This document shows, piece after piece, positions 20,318 through 31,535 of a stretch of 64,000 bases of DNA. Below the pieces are notes generated by a model. It was not told where the DNA came from. It was given only the letters and a program-made list of their open reading frames with translations, and searched no databases. The stretch lies in assembly GCA_963714975.1 (NCBI GenBank), contig CAVQQD010000003.1, forward strand, positions 672,001 through 736,000, in the 5' to 3' direction. Both the position numbers and the translations under genes were made by a program. How positions within the stretch are numbered: position 1 is the stretch's first letter; the number at the start of each line of letters is the position of its first letter. Origin of the DNA: an uncultured Gammaproteobacteria bacterium (GTDB taxonomy: Bacteria > Pseudomonadota > Gammaproteobacteria > JAURND01).

Positions 20318-21484
20318 TTAGGTAGACAAATTTAGCCAATTCTTACGGAGTATCATTCCAAGAACTAATAACGCCAGGGTCAAAAACACAAACATCACAA
20401 TGCCGATGAAGAAAAATTCTCCGTTGTAAAAATAGCTCACCCATTGCAGGCACAAGGCTGAAACAATTAAGCGACTCCCGGCGATGAGCGCAATAATTCT
20501 TCCTTTAGCAGCAGGCAATAGCTGCAAAGTTTGTGGATAAAGCATAGTAAACGGAAATAACACTCCCGCTACTAAAATTACTATACTTCCCGTTATCAGT
20601 AACGGGTCTCGGACGTTTAAAATTGTCAGCAGTAAAATAAAAAAATTGCCCAGAATACATAAAATAATGCCGGTAACTAGGCAACGCCTGTGTCCTATAA
20701 CTTTTAAAAGTAGCGGGGCTAACAAACTGGTGATGCCAAACACTCCGGCAATAGCGCCTTGATAATAGCCAAAATGCTCAAGTGGAACGCCCAAGGATTC
20801 CATATAAAAGATTGGCGACATGCCAATAAATACCCAAAAAGGAATGACCAAGCAGCAAATACAAGCTCCAAATGCCAGCAGCTGAGGATATTTGAATAAA
20901 GGTAAATAAGTTCGTGGTGACAAAGATAAACTTGCATCGCCTTTAGAGTGAGGAATGCTTAAATAGCAGGTTACTAAGCAGATCACAGCGAGAATCAATA
21001 AAAGCACGAAATTGCCGCGCCAACCAAAATAGAGCGTTATATAACTACCCACCATGGGTGCGAAAGCCATAGCCATGGTCGAGAAGCCATTTAATACTGC
21101 CAACAGGGTAACTTGCTTGTGCAATGGATAAGTCTCTGCAATCACCGCATAGGCTAAAACCATGGGGCCAGCCATGCCGACTCCTTGAAAAAAACGACCT
21201 AGTATCAGCAGGGGAAAGTTAAGTGCGCCTGCGCAAAAAATACTGCCAATGAGAAATATCCACAGGCTGTAAATAATCACGTGACGTCGATTATATTTAT
21301 CACCCAGGGGACCCGTGAATAAGCAACAGATACAATAGGCAATGAAATTGATGCTGATCGTTAACTGAACTAAGAAAGGTGTCAGGTGAAAAATTTCTTG
21401 TAGCTGAGGAAAACTCGGGATAAATAAATCTAGTTCGGCTCCCGATAAGATGAACAGCGCCACAGTGGTAAAAATTAGCAGCAT
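20318..21484 (-). CDS. MFS transporter, Bcr/CflA-like
   Basis: DLFIPSFP, GPLGDKYNRR, GRFFQGVG, FGWRGNF; about 12 TM. Confidence 0.88.
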   Translation of the reverse strand: MLLIFTTVALFILSGAELDLFIPSFPQLQEIFHLTPFLVQLTISINFIAYCICCLFTGPLGDKYNRRHVIIYSLWIFLIGSIFCAGALNFPLLILGRFFQGVGMAGPMVLAYAVIAETYPLHKQVTLLAVLNGFSTMAMAFAPMVGSYITLYFGWRGNFVLLLILAVICLVTCYLSIPHSKGDASLSLSPRTYLPLFKYPQLLAFGACICCLVIPFWVFIGMSPIFYMESLGVPLEHFGYYQGAIAGVFGITSLLAPLLLKVIGHRRCLVTGIILCILGNFFILLLTILNVRDPLLITGSIVILVAGVLFPFTMLYPQTLQLLPAAKGRIIALIAGSRLIVSALCLQWVSYFYNGEFFFIGIVMFVFLTLALLVLGMILRKNWLNLST

Positions 21485-21487
21485 AAG

Positions 21488-23092
21488 TTAAGTTCGTTTC
21501 AAATAATCTTGGCCATATTGTGCCAAATATTCATGGTAGTTCCCAAGATAATTTTGGGCGCCTTGTTCTGATAAAGCTAAAATGCGTGTGGCCATTTTAT
21601 CAATGAAATAGCGATTGTGGCTCACAATTAAAATGGCGCCTGGAAAACGCTGGAGAGCTTCGGTTAATGCATCAATGGATTCTAAGTCCAAATGGTTGGT
21701 GGGCTCGTCTAAAACTAAAGTATTGTGCTGTTCTAAAATTAATTTGGCGAGCACGAGTCGTGCTGATTCGCCACCGCTAAGTAAGCCAATTTTTTTTTCG
21801 ACATCTTGACCACGAAATAATACCTGACCTAATACATTGCGGATTTTTTGTGCAGGAATAGGTAATTTAGCTTCTAACCATGCTAAAACGGTTTCTGCTG
21901 GGGGTAATTGTTCGCGGAAATCTTGGGCAAAATAGCCAATTTTAATGGTTTCTCCCCATTGATATTGTCCTTGATCTGCGGTTAGTTGGCCCAGCAGAAT
22001 TTTTAACAAAGTCGACTTGCCGATACCATTTGGCCCAATGATGGCACATTTATCTGCCCGAGTTAAACTAAATGAAATGTTGTGTAGTAAAGGCTGTTGG
22101 TCAAATTGTTTGGAGATATTTTTTGCCGTAAGTACGGATTTTCCTGAAGGTTTATCAGGCATGAAATTAAAATAAGGTTTGACCATTGAGGAATCTTTAA
22201 TTTCAGGAAGCTCAATGCGTTCGAGCATTTTTTGTCGTGACATTGCCTGCCGAGAGCGAGTAGCGCTAGCTTTAAAGCGATCGACAAATTTTTGCATTGT
22301 AGCAATTTGCATGGTTTTGTGATCGTATTCACTTTGCTTTTGTCTTTGAGTTTGCTCTTTAGCTAGCTCAAATTGCTCATAATTTCCAACATAGGCAGTA
22401 ATGGCGCCAAAATCGATATCTAGAATCATCGTCGCCAAATTATTTAAGAATTCACGGTCGTGGGATATAAAAACCAATAATCCTTTAAATTGAGTTTTCA
22501 GAAAGGTTTCTAACCAGGCGATGGTAATGATATCAAGGTGATTAGTCGGTTCATCCAGCAACATAATATCAGGTTGTTGGAATAGCACTTGGGCCAGTAA
22601 GGTGCGTAATTTATAGCCACCCGATAAAGCACTGAGGGGACCATAGTGGTATTTGGGCAAAATTCCCAAGCCGGTTAACAACTCTTCTGCGCGTGCCGGA
22701 GCATCATAGCCTTCGTGGTGCAAAATAATTTCTTCTAAGCTCCCTAATCGATAGCCCTCGGTTTCGCTCAAATTTGTTTTTTGTAACAACATTTCTTTTT
22801 CTTGTAGGGCAGACCACAGTTGAGCATTACCTTTGATCACGGCATCCACCACACGATCGTTCTCATAGCGAAAATGATCTTGTTTTAAAATGCCAATGCT
22901 AACATTATTGGGCTTTTCAATGCTGCCGGTCGAAGGACTTTCTTCTGCTGCTAATAAGCGCAACAGCGAAGATTTGCCCGCGCCATTAGCTCCCACCACT
23001 CCATAGCGTTTGTTTGGTAAAAGAACGAGGTCGACGTCTTTAAATAAGGTCCTGGGGCCATGCGCCAGGCCTAAAGAACTGAGGGAAAGCAT
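21488..23092 (-). CDS. ABC-F family ATPase (YbiT-like)
   Basis: Two ABC domains (GANGAGKS, LSGG, DEPTNHLD twice), no TM segments. Confidence 0.92.
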   Translation of the reverse strand: MLSLSSLGLAHGPRTLFKDVDLVLLPNKRYGVVGANGAGKSSLLRLLAAEESPSTGSIEKPNNVSIGILKQDHFRYENDRVVDAVIKGNAQLWSALQEKEMLLQKTNLSETEGYRLGSLEEIILHHEGYDAPARAEELLTGLGILPKYHYGPLSALSGGYKLRTLLAQVLFQQPDIMLLDEPTNHLDIITIAWLETFLKTQFKGLLVFISHDREFLNNLATMILDIDFGAITAYVGNYEQFELAKEQTQRQKQSEYDHKTMQIATMQKFVDRFKASATRSRQAMSRQKMLERIELPEIKDSSMVKPYFNFMPDKPSGKSVLTAKNISKQFDQQPLLHNISFSLTRADKCAIIGPNGIGKSTLLKILLGQLTADQGQYQWGETIKIGYFAQDFREQLPPAETVLAWLEAKLPIPAQKIRNVLGQVLFRGQDVEKKIGLLSGGESARLVLAKLILEQHNTLVLDEPTNHLDLESIDALTEALQRFPGAILIVSHNRYFIDKMATRILALSEQGAQNYLGNYHEYLAQYGQDYLKRT

Positions 23093-23159
23093 GGTATTGA
23101 TCTCTAAAAATGGGCGTTTACAATATCTGGTTTGCGTTGATTTGTAAAGCGGGTGAAAT

Positions 23160-23185
23160 TCCCTTCTCCCCTAGGGGAGAAGGGA
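23160..23185. repeat. REP-like hairpin
   Basis: tcccttctcccctaggggagaaggga. Confidence 0.75.
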
Positions 23186-23200
23186 TGAAAAGACGTTAGA

Positions 23201-23752
23201 CTAGCTCTTTAAACTTTTTTGTACTTCTTTTGCCATTTTTAAATGCTGAGTGACAGCGTTTTTAGTAGCACTTAAATATTTAATTAGCTCTGGGTTAGAA
23301 GCATTGGGTAAAAGTTTTTCGTCAATAATTTTTAACACTTTACTGTGGCCTTTAACCATTGCGGTAATATAGGCGTTATCAAAATTATTGCCTCGTTTGC
23401 TAGCCAAATCTTTCATTTCCGCGTTACCAAGTTTTTTTAGGACCTCAATTTTTTCTGAAGAAATTGGGGTAATGTGGGTTTTTTTGCTAAATGCTTCTAT
23501 TGCTTGTAAGTTTTTGCTGTGGTCTCTGATCATAGTCTCGGCAAAATTCTTAACTTGAGGATTCGCAGATTTTTGTGCAGCTTCCCTCCCTAGGTTAATT
23601 TCATTTTGATTGATGACAATCATGGTCTCTAAAATTTTGCCAGCTTTTTGATTCATGGTAGGGTCGACATGACCATGGGTGGCAGCCACGGCTAAAAAAG
23701 CAAAAAAAGATAAAATTATCGCAAAAAACATCAAAAAAATGTTTTCCTTCAT
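23201..23752 (-). CDS. DUF4142-family exported protein
   Basis: Signal peptide; VKNFAETMIRDH, FDNAYITAMVKGH, HLKMAK; AAGGAG RBS before ATG 23752. Confidence 0.8.
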   Translation of the reverse strand: MKENIFLMFFAIILSFFAFLAVAATHGHVDPTMNQKAGKILETMIVINQNEINLGREAAQKSANPQVKNFAETMIRDHSKNLQAIEAFSKKTHITPISSEKIEVLKKLGNAEMKDLASKRGNNFDNAYITAMVKGHSKVLKIIDEKLLPNASNPELIKYLSATKNAVTQHLKMAKEVQKSLKS

Positions 23753-23868
23753 GGGTGTCTCCTTGGGTGTATTTAAAGTGGCTAATATAGGATAGGACAT
23801 AATAGCGTTTTTTCCACGCTAGGCTTGGCATTTTCTGAATTAGTTGCTTATAATCCGGCACGGTCGAA

Positions 23869-26800
23869 ATGTTCAATAAAATAAAAAGAAATGAGGTAAC
23901 GAAAATGCAAGAATCAAATTCGTCTCCAGCAAACCTGGAAAATGAGGTAAAACAAATGCAACAAAAAGATAAAGTCAAAATAAAAAAACAGGGGGTTGCG
24001 GAACCTAAGAATGGCCTGCAGCTTCTTAAAAAGCAAATGCTGGATTTGCAAAAAGAGCTTATAGAAAACCCCGTTGGAAAAGAGGAAAAGAAAGTATCTA
24101 ATTACCTGGAAAGATTGAATTCTATAAAGAATGAAGCTACTCTTTTAATAAATTCTGAAGATTGCAATTTATTTTTTAAACTCCATTGTGAGATTTTTCC
24201 GCATTTATTGAATAAAAATGCAGCACAAAAAACTATCGAAAAGCACTTCGAATCGATGCGAAAAACTTTTGCTAACTGCGTGCGGAAAGCTGATAATTTA
24301 TTTATATTAAAAGGATATTTGTGGGATTTATTATCCTTCCCGTGCTTTTCTGAGAAGAAATATCAAAAATTTTTTGCGGAAACTTATAAGGATATGTTGT
24401 CGCAATACCATAGTCGATTTGCAGAAAAAAATGTGGAGCCTTGCACATTTTATGAAATGGATGGCAAGCCTCTTCAATATGTGATACCTAGTATGGAAGA
24501 AAATTTCAGTGTGATTAGTTTTTTTCATCAAACTATAATTTTCTATCCACGGAAATTTACCAGAATTGGAGAGAATCATCTTAAAGCATTGAAAGATCAC
24601 GTTAGTTCCGGGGATAGTAGCTATTTTCTATCTTCTAATGATAAAAATGAAAATGAAGAAGCCATAGAAAAATTAGTTCAAGATTGCTTTTTTGAGATGT
24701 ATTTGAAAAAAGGAAATCAAGAATTACAAGCTCATCTTACTTTGGCAATTAACTCTGCTGAGGAATTGCAGAAAAAAATTTCTATTGCGGAAAAACCACA
24801 ATATGTCCTTGTTCCAATTTTGATTAGAGTTTGGCAGGCTGGAGCCAGTTTTGTAAATAAAAATTTTGAATTGAGCAAGAAGCAATATGCTGCAGCCAAA
24901 CAGGCTATTAAAGCTGCAAAATTACGGAAGTTGGATAAAGATATATTGGCTGTATTAAAGGATTGCTCAGCAGTAATAAATTTAAATTTAGATAGTTGTC
25001 AATTCTACCTAGATCGAGAAGTCCGATTGTCAGAACAAAAATTGCAAAAAGCGCAGGTAGGAATAGATGAGTGGACTCAAGGTTTGATATCTCCACGCAA
25101 TCTGGAAAAGTCTAATAATTGCCGAAAAAAGAAAGTTAGGAAATATGCTCAAAGACCCGAATCTCCTCTGAGTTTATCTCAAGAAACTGCCGACGAAAGA
25201 CAGGTAAACATGGCAGAACAAGCAGAACAAAAAAAATCAGCGCGATCTCATCCCAAAAAGCAGGACATTGCAAATCTCAAAAATGCCAAATCTCAATGTC
25301 AAAGTGAGATGTTTGCTTTGTTGGGGGTATTAAAAACCTATAAAGGAGAGGAAGAGAAATCTTCTACGAATTATAAATCAAGATTTGATCTTGTAAAAAA
25401 GCAAGCCAAATTAGTAGAGGATGAAAATTGTGATGTATTTTTTGGGTTGCATACCGGCATATTGAGGTATCTAATCGACATAAAATCTTCGAAAAAGGAT
25501 ATTGTAGAGGTTTTATCTTCTCTGCAAGAGACTTTTAAAAAATATTTAAAACACCTTGATCTATTTGTATTGAAAGGAGCTTTATATGATTTATGGCGTT
25601 ACCATTTGCTTTCTGAGAAAGACTATGGAAATATTTTTGCTGATGCTTATCATAAAATGTTACCTCTTTATCATGAAACATGTACAAAATTAGGAACTGA
25701 ACCTTGCACGTTTTTTTGCTTTCAAGGATTTATAATAACAAATCCATCACAACAATACCCGAGCATGGCTGTTTTTGCTTCGGATCATGCATTTAACTAC
25801 CCGGCAACCTTAAAAAACGATGAAAAAGAAAAATTTAAACAAACAAATGATCAGATTATCAAAGGGGAAATTAGTTATTTTCTCTCGTCTAAAGTTCCCG
25901 AAGAAAAATCAATGGAACAATTGTTACAATGTTGTTTCTTGGATATGTTCACAGTGGAAAAAGAAGTATTCCAAAGTAATTTAACCCTTGCAATCGAGTT
26001 GACTGAAAAATCTCAAAAACGATCTGGGAAAAATGAATATCTAATAATTCCTCTCGTGATTAGAATGTGGCAAGCGGGAGCTAGTTTTGTAGCTAAGGAT
26101 TTTGAAAAAAGTTTACAGCAATATATTGAAGTTGAAAAAGCTTGTCAGAAGGCACGCTCAGGCTTAGGTAATAAAGTAGATGAATGGTTACCGCTCATAA
26201 AATTGAACATAGATAGTTGTAAGTTCTATCTAGGTTTGGCAGAAAGTAAATTAAAAAAGCAAGAAATAACAAAAAATACCTGGACCGACAATTTGATATA
26301 TACACCAAAAAAGACTCAGTCCTCCAAAAAAACTAAGACTCAGCAATCTACTACGAAGCTCGAACCAATCACTGACGATCTTGGTCGACCTCAGAGTGAA
26401 AGCGTTTCAATTCAATCAGAGCAGAAAAATAAGCAGACAAAACCAGGAGAAAAGCACACGAGTCAGAAAAAATCTTCTGCTTTTAGGTCCTTCACCACAA
26501 GCTCTGCTGGACGAATGCCTCATTTACCTGGGGAGCAAAAGGAAAACAACCAGTCCAGGATAGTTCACCCTCCTCAGCCTCCAAAAATAATCATCCCTAA
26601 ACCAAACTCTCAGCGCCACTATGGAGAAAATGGCAACAAAGGAGAAAATGACAACGAGCACAAACAGAAGGCTTTGGGGCATCCACCTTATTCAAGTAAC
26701 AATAGGAATAGTTCCCTCAGATTTTTTGGAAATAGCAATTCACCCAGCGCTCGGCCAAACTCCAAGCACTACCAAGGCGAAAATGGCAACAAACACAATC

Positions 26801-27825
26801 AGCGGCGGTTGAGGTATCCATCTTATTCAGGTAACAGGCAACAGCAGTACACTTCGAACTCTCAATCTTATCCATACAATCGCCAACCAAGCCAAAACCA
26901 ATTGCGGCGTCCTTCGAATCGGGAAGAGTCCGAAAGTACCAATCCCTCTGCCATAAGCACTACTACACCTACTAGACAAATGCAATTGCCTTCTGGATCG
27001 GATTGGAATAGACCGCCCAGTTTTTTGGGCAAGAGCACTTCACCCAGCGCTCTGCCAAACGCACGACCATCAGAAACAAATTCTCAACTGAGAAAACTTC
27101 AAGTTTTTGATCAGAACATACCGACGCAGCAAAGTGCATTTGCACCACCTCTAACCAATCTAACAGTTCCTACTAATCAAACTGTTCAGGATCCTGAGTC
27201 TCCTAAAAACATACGGCAAATATCTGAAGCGAAACAGAAGGTACAGCCTCCATTAACGAATTCCTCTACCAATGAGCTTGCAACGCCAAATTATCTGAAT
27301 ACTTCTAACCTCACGGAGTCAGCGTCATTGGCACCACCGCCACAAGAGCAAGATCAAGAAGAAGCTCAATCAATGCTAAGAAATACAAGCTATCCAAGTT
27401 TAGTATTGTCTAATGAAGATGGAGATCAAGAAGATGGTGGGTGCGGAGATGGGGATGAGAACGAGAATGGGGAAATTAAACAGGGAGAGTTTCAGTATAG
27501 GCAGCCGCCCCAGGAATTTATATCCAGAGGGTCAGCTGCTCCTGTTTTTCTTGTCGCTGTCCCTGCCTATATAAATCGTGGACGAGTTTTGTGGTCGCTT
27601 CAATCTCTTCCCGGGCAAGTAATTGTACACCAACCAAATCCTTTGCATCGGTCTCATCCCGGGCAAGTAACTGTATACCAAGAAAATTCTTCGCAGACTT
27701 TTTTCTATCATTCTCCTGAGTCAGGTGAGTATTACCCTGATGCAACTCCTGAGCCAGATGGGTATTACCCTGATACAACTGCGGACAGCAATAATTATAA
27801 TTCACCGACAAATGGTTCTTATTAG
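23869..27825 (+). CDS. Large orphan protein with a duplicated helical domain and a long disordered tail; candidate effector
   Basis: Repeated motifs LF(I/V)LKGxLxDL, EPCTF, SYFLSS, IRxWQAGASFV, LNxDSCxFYL; S/P/Q/N-rich C-terminus. Confidence 0.7.
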   Translation: MFNKIKRNEVTKMQESNSSPANLENEVKQMQQKDKVKIKKQGVAEPKNGLQLLKKQMLDLQKELIENPVGKEEKKVSNYLERLNSIKNEATLLINSEDCNLFFKLHCEIFPHLLNKNAAQKTIEKHFESMRKTFANCVRKADNLFILKGYLWDLLSFPCFSEKKYQKFFAETYKDMLSQYHSRFAEKNVEPCTFYEMDGKPLQYVIPSMEENFSVISFFHQTIIFYPRKFTRIGENHLKALKDHVSSGDSSYFLSSNDKNENEEAIEKLVQDCFFEMYLKKGNQELQAHLTLAINSAEELQKKISIAEKPQYVLVPILIRVWQAGASFVNKNFELSKKQYAAAKQAIKAAKLRKLDKDILAVLKDCSAVINLNLDSCQFYLDREVRLSEQKLQKAQVGIDEWTQGLISPRNLEKSNNCRKKKVRKYAQRPESPLSLSQETADERQVNMAEQAEQKKSARSHPKKQDIANLKNAKSQCQSEMFALLGVLKTYKGEEEKSSTNYKSRFDLVKKQAKLVEDENCDVFFGLHTGILRYLIDIKSSKKDIVEVLSSLQETFKKYLKHLDLFVLKGALYDLWRYHLLSEKDYGNIFADAYHKMLPLYHETCTKLGTEPCTFFCFQGFIITNPSQQYPSMAVFASDHAFNYPATLKNDEKEKFKQTNDQIIKGEISYFLSSKVPEEKSMEQLLQCCFLDMFTVEKEVFQSNLTLAIELTEKSQKRSGKNEYLIIPLVIRMWQAGASFVAKDFEKSLQQYIEVEKACQKARSGLGNKVDEWLPLIKLNIDSCKFYLGLAESKLKKQEITKNTWTDNLIYTPKKTQSSKKTKTQQSTTKLEPITDDLGRPQSESVSIQSEQKNKQTKPGEKHTSQKKSSAFRSFTTSSAGRMPHLPGEQKENNQSRIVHPPQPPKIIIPKPNSQRHYGENGNKGENDNEHKQKALGHPPYSSNNRNSSLRFFGNSNSPSARPNSKHYQGENGNKHNQRRLRYPSYSGNRQQQYTSNSQSYPYNRQPSQNQLRRPSNREESESTNPSAISTTTPTRQMQLPSGSDWNRPPSFLGKSTSPSALPNARPSETNSQLRKLQVFDQNIPTQQSAFAPPLTNLTVPTNQTVQDPESPKNIRQISEAKQKVQPPLTNSSTNELATPNYLNTSNLTESASLAPPPQEQDQEEAQSMLRNTSYPSLVLSNEDGDQEDGGCGDGDENENGEIKQGEFQYRQPPQEFISRGSAAPVFLVAVPAYINRGRVLWSLQSLPGQVIVHQPNPLHRSHPGQVTVYQENSSQTFFYHSPESGEYYPDATPEPDGYYPDTTADSNNYNSPTNGSY

Positions 27826-27876
27826 TAATCCTCGCTCTATTGTTCTGACCTGGTCCTGGCGAGAAACTTCGCTCCT

Positions 27877-27905
27877 TCCTTCGAGGCGCTTCGCTTCCTC
27901 AGGAC
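27877..27905. repeat. REP-like element of the CCTTCGAGxCGC...CCTCAGGA family
   Basis: Near reverse complement of 49268-49295. Confidence 0.65.
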
Positions 27906-27935
27906 AAATGGTTAGAGGTCGTGACGCAATCTGCG

Positions 27936-30239
27936 TCACGAGGATGGGCCTGCTACGTCCTTTTGATAATCCTGTAATTGATAGAGCACACTGCCGTACT
28001 GATCAATAGTATCTAATTGTTCATCATGGTTTTTAAGGAAATACTTCATCGCTACCCAGGCAGCGCCAAAAACAGCAAAGCCAATAATGAAGTTCAATCT
28101 ATCCAGTACATTGGAGCCGTCCCAGGAGGTATAAGCTGGGATGTAAGTTTCCATCGACTTTGGCAGTACAGCGAAACGATAGGCTAAGAGGCTGCCAACC
28201 GCCGTGGATAAGATTAGAAATCCTTTAATGCCATAATCAAAGTTTGTATCCTTTTGTGCCTCGAAATATTCTTCAGCATAAAACTTGTGCGTTGGACGAG
28301 ACTTTTTAGTTTCTGAGTTCGATTTTATTAAGCTTGATTCTGTAGTTGAGTCTGATTCTGAGGGACTGAATAGATTTGAGTCTGTAATTATTGAGCTTGG
28401 AGCTTGATCTTGGGTTGAATTTGTATTTGTTTCGGTTTTAATTGAACCAAGAAGGCTTTCGCTCTCTTCTGGTGTAGAAGAATTACTAAATTGATTAGAT
28501 TTTTTATTGTCATTCACTTCTGGCTTAGGTTCTTGTGCATGGGCAGGATAGTTTAAGGCATTTAATTTAGCAGTGGTCTCTTTCGCCTCTTGCAATTTAT
28601 AGTATTGATTAATAACTTGCGTCACGCCATAGCCAAGGGCAACAATAATCGCTAAGGTACCGATGACATCCACCGTCAGCGGCGCTGGTCCGGCTCCGCC
28701 ATCCTTAAGCAAATGGACTTGGTCATTGATGGTAAAGATAAAAAATTGTAAACCGGTCCACATGCCGATACTTTTAGTGAGCGCTGTAGCTACATAAGCA
28801 AAAGTTTGCTGGGTGTTGCTGGGGGGTTTAAGTTGTTGGGCAAGGTAGGGATGTTGTGGTTGGTTCGCAAGTTGTTCGGATTGAGGGCTGTTAGTTGTTG
28901 TTGGATCAATACCATTTTGCTGTGTGTTTAACTTAGTTTCATTGAGAGACTGAGTAGAAGGAGCAGTAGTGACGGCAGCAGTAACTTGATTATTTTGAGT
29001 AACACTGTTCTTCTTGGTTGCCTTATCCGCCGCCTGCTCCTTGATTTTATCAGTGGCTCGTGACATTAAATACGCTATTTCCTTTGCTTTTGTTGGTTCA
29101 TTGGTTAATGCGGCTTTTCCCTTGCCATGTTTAACTCGCAAATAAGCCGCAGCGCCTGTAATGTACGCAGTGCCTAGGATGAGTCGCGGACAATCCCAAA
29201 GGAAAACTTTAATGAAATTGGGTATTAAGGCTGCAATATTAGCCGCATGTTGAAAAAAACTTAAACCTTTGCCGTCTTTATTTTTATAGCCAATCCAGGT
29301 GAAGGAGAATAAATGTTTCTCTGCCCACTTTGCCCCCAAAAGGTTTTGGTAATTTTCTGGGTGATGATTTAATGCCCAGTTGCGAATGCGCCAACCAATC
29401 AAGGGCACGCAACCCACGAGCAGCGGTATACCAATCCCTAGAAACAAGTTCGCTGTCAGAGAACCTGTTACTATGCCATAACCAAAGCCGGTCCCAGAAA
29501 CCCCTGGCCAGCTGGCGAAGGTGCCGCGAAATATATACTGAAACCAGTAGGTGCAGAAATACATCACCATCATCAGATAAATATCGTCTAGTACATTGCG
29601 CAGCTTTTTAGTTTTTCCCCAGAGAGTTTCTTTCTTAGGAGTTTGAGATTCTGCTTTTTCTTTGAAGGCTAAATACAGTTTATTATTCTTTACCTCCCAG
29701 CTTATTTTTTCGTATTTTGCTTTTAATTCGCTGTTTTTTAGCTGTATTTCCAATTGCTGATTAAATTCTTTTTGTGCAGTTTCTGTATCAACATCATTTT
29801 CTCGCTTGATTTTATTCACAAGGTCCGTCCCAATCTTATTGAGTACGGTAAAAGCATTAAATTCTGCCAGTCGATCTTGTTTTAGTTTATTGGCATAAAC
29901 CGGTAACATGGCCAACAAACCAGAAGCAGCCAGTAGTCCGGCTGAAAGGGGGATATCGCTTCGGGTTTCAGATAGCAGCAATGAATCGTGGTGGCCATAG
30001 TTGAGACTTATTTGGCCCGCCCAACGTACAACGCCGGTGCCTACTGTATCGGTACCATCGATCCCTTTGAGAGCATTACCTGCCACAGAGTCCGTGGAAA
30101 TATAATCTTTTCGTTGAGTGAGTTCAGTGGTAGGCCCGGATTGGGCATTGGCTTCTTGTTGCTTTTCCTCCTCTGGATTAAGCCGCAACTCCATATCAAC
30201 CAGGTAAAGTTTGGATGGATTTGATGTTTGTTCAGTCAT
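27936..30239 (-). CDS. Orphan multi-pass membrane protein with S/T/N-rich linkers; candidate effector
   Basis: Long ORF with several hydrophobic helices; upstream PmrA-type box. Confidence 0.65.
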   Translation of the reverse strand: MTEQTSNPSKLYLVDMELRLNPEEEKQQEANAQSGPTTELTQRKDYISTDSVAGNALKGIDGTDTVGTGVVRWAGQISLNYGHHDSLLLSETRSDIPLSAGLLAASGLLAMLPVYANKLKQDRLAEFNAFTVLNKIGTDLVNKIKRENDVDTETAQKEFNQQLEIQLKNSELKAKYEKISWEVKNNKLYLAFKEKAESQTPKKETLWGKTKKLRNVLDDIYLMMVMYFCTYWFQYIFRGTFASWPGVSGTGFGYGIVTGSLTANLFLGIGIPLLVGCVPLIGWRIRNWALNHHPENYQNLLGAKWAEKHLFSFTWIGYKNKDGKGLSFFQHAANIAALIPNFIKVFLWDCPRLILGTAYITGAAAYLRVKHGKGKAALTNEPTKAKEIAYLMSRATDKIKEQAADKATKKNSVTQNNQVTAAVTTAPSTQSLNETKLNTQQNGIDPTTTNSPQSEQLANQPQHPYLAQQLKPPSNTQQTFAYVATALTKSIGMWTGLQFFIFTINDQVHLLKDGGAGPAPLTVDVIGTLAIIVALGYGVTQVINQYYKLQEAKETTAKLNALNYPAHAQEPKPEVNDNKKSNQFSNSSTPEESESLLGSIKTETNTNSTQDQAPSSIITDSNLFSPSESDSTTESSLIKSNSETKKSRPTHKFYAEEYFEAQKDTNFDYGIKGFLILSTAVGSLLAYRFAVLPKSMETYIPAYTSWDGSNVLDRLNFIIGFAVFGAAWVAMKYFLKNHDEQLDTIDQYGSVLYQLQDYQKDVAGPSS

Positions 30240-30363
30240 AATGATCACGCCTAGCAATTAACCCCACTATTCCTAACCACCGCATTTCCGTCGTCTGCAT
30301 GGGTGACGTGGCAATGGTTGGACCCCTTTATTTTTATATGAATGGTTCCATAACTTTAGCTTA

Positions 30364-30396
30364 AGTTTACTCCTCTTACCTTAAGCGAAAATTAAG
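30364..30396 (-). promoter_or_regulatory. PmrA-type box plus -10 element
   Basis: Minus strand CTTAATTTT-CG-CTTAAGGTA-N7-TAAACT. Confidence 0.6.
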
Positions 30397-30446
30397 GCAT
30401 AAGTGAGTATATTCACTGAGCAATTTATGTTATATGTAGGCACATT

Positions 30447-31535
30447 ATGACTTCTACATCATTGATAGCTAATCTAATAAACCAATACATCGATCCTTAC
30501 TTACAAAAACCCTGGGGTGAGGTTGGGGCAGTCCAAACCATTACTGAAGCGGCTGGTCGTATTGTGGTGCGCATTCGGTTGAGCTATCCAGTGGCGGCTT
30601 TGCAGCAAGCTATTCTTACCCCCTTGCGAGAGCAACTCCAAGAAATCGTACCCCTAGAATCACTGGATATTCAGCTCGAATCGCGGATTGAACCCCGCGT
30701 GACGCAACCCAATGTTCCCAGAATTCCAGGTGTTAAGAACGTTATTGCTGTGGCTTCGGGGAAGGGCGGGGTTGGTAAGTCCACCACGGCAGTCAATTTA
30801 GCTCTCGCGTTGTATTTGGAGGGCGCGCGAGTGGGAATTTTGGACGCGGATATCCATGGCCCTAATCAACCGCACATGTTAGGGGTTACAGAAAAATTAG
30901 TGGTTGAAAACCACACTCGCATCCCCCCCTTGTGGCGTCATGGAATCCAGTCGATGTCGATTGGTTACTTGATTGATAGTACTACCCCGATGATTTGGCG
31001 GGGACCGATGGTCAGTTCCGCTTTGCAACAATTAGTGCGGGATACGGCCTGGGATAATCTCGATTACTTGGTGATTGATTTACCTCCAGGAACCGGCGAT
31101 ATTCAATTGACACTGGCACAAAAGGTTCCAGTATGTGGTGCGGTCATTGTGACTACCCCCCAGCCTGTAGCTTTATTAGATGCGCGCAAGGGGCTGGAGA
31201 TGTTTCGTAAGGTGCAAGTGCCAGTGTTGGGTATTGTGGAAAACATGACGACACATATTTGTCGCCATTGTGGCCATGAAGAAGACATTTTTGGCGCTGA
31301 GGGCGCGCGAAATTTAGCCCAGGCTTGTGAGACCGAAGTGTTGGGTAAGCTGCCATTATCCCAGTCAATTCGTCACTATGCCGATCAAGGCCAGCCCATT
31401 GTTATCGCAGAGCCCGAGTCAGCCATTGCCCAGTGTTATCGAGAAATAGCCCGCCAAGTGGCGGTACGGATTGCCCTGCAGCCTAAGGACTATACGAGTA
31501 AATTTCCTCAGATTCGAGTGGAGAATAACGCATGA
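30447..31535 (+). CDS. apbC: Fe-S cluster carrier ATPase Mrp/ApbC
   Basis: [27 protein letters not shown]. Confidence 0.95.
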   Translation: MTSTSLIANLINQYIDPYLQKPWGEVGAVQTITEAAGRIVVRIRLSYPVAALQQAILTPLREQLQEIVPLESLDIQLESRIEPRVTQPNVPRIPGVKNVIAVASGKGGVGKSTTAVNLALALYLEGARVGILDADIHGPNQPHMLGVTEKLVVENHTRIPPLWRHGIQSMSIGYLIDSTTPMIWRGPMVSSALQQLVRDTAWDNLDYLVIDLPPGTGDIQLTLAQKVPVCGAVIVTTPQPVALLDARKGLEMFRKVQVPVLGIVENMTTHICRHCGHEEDIFGAEGARNLAQACETEVLGKLPLSQSIRHYADQGQPIVIAEPESAIAQCYREIARQVAVRIALQPKDYTSKFPQIRVENNA

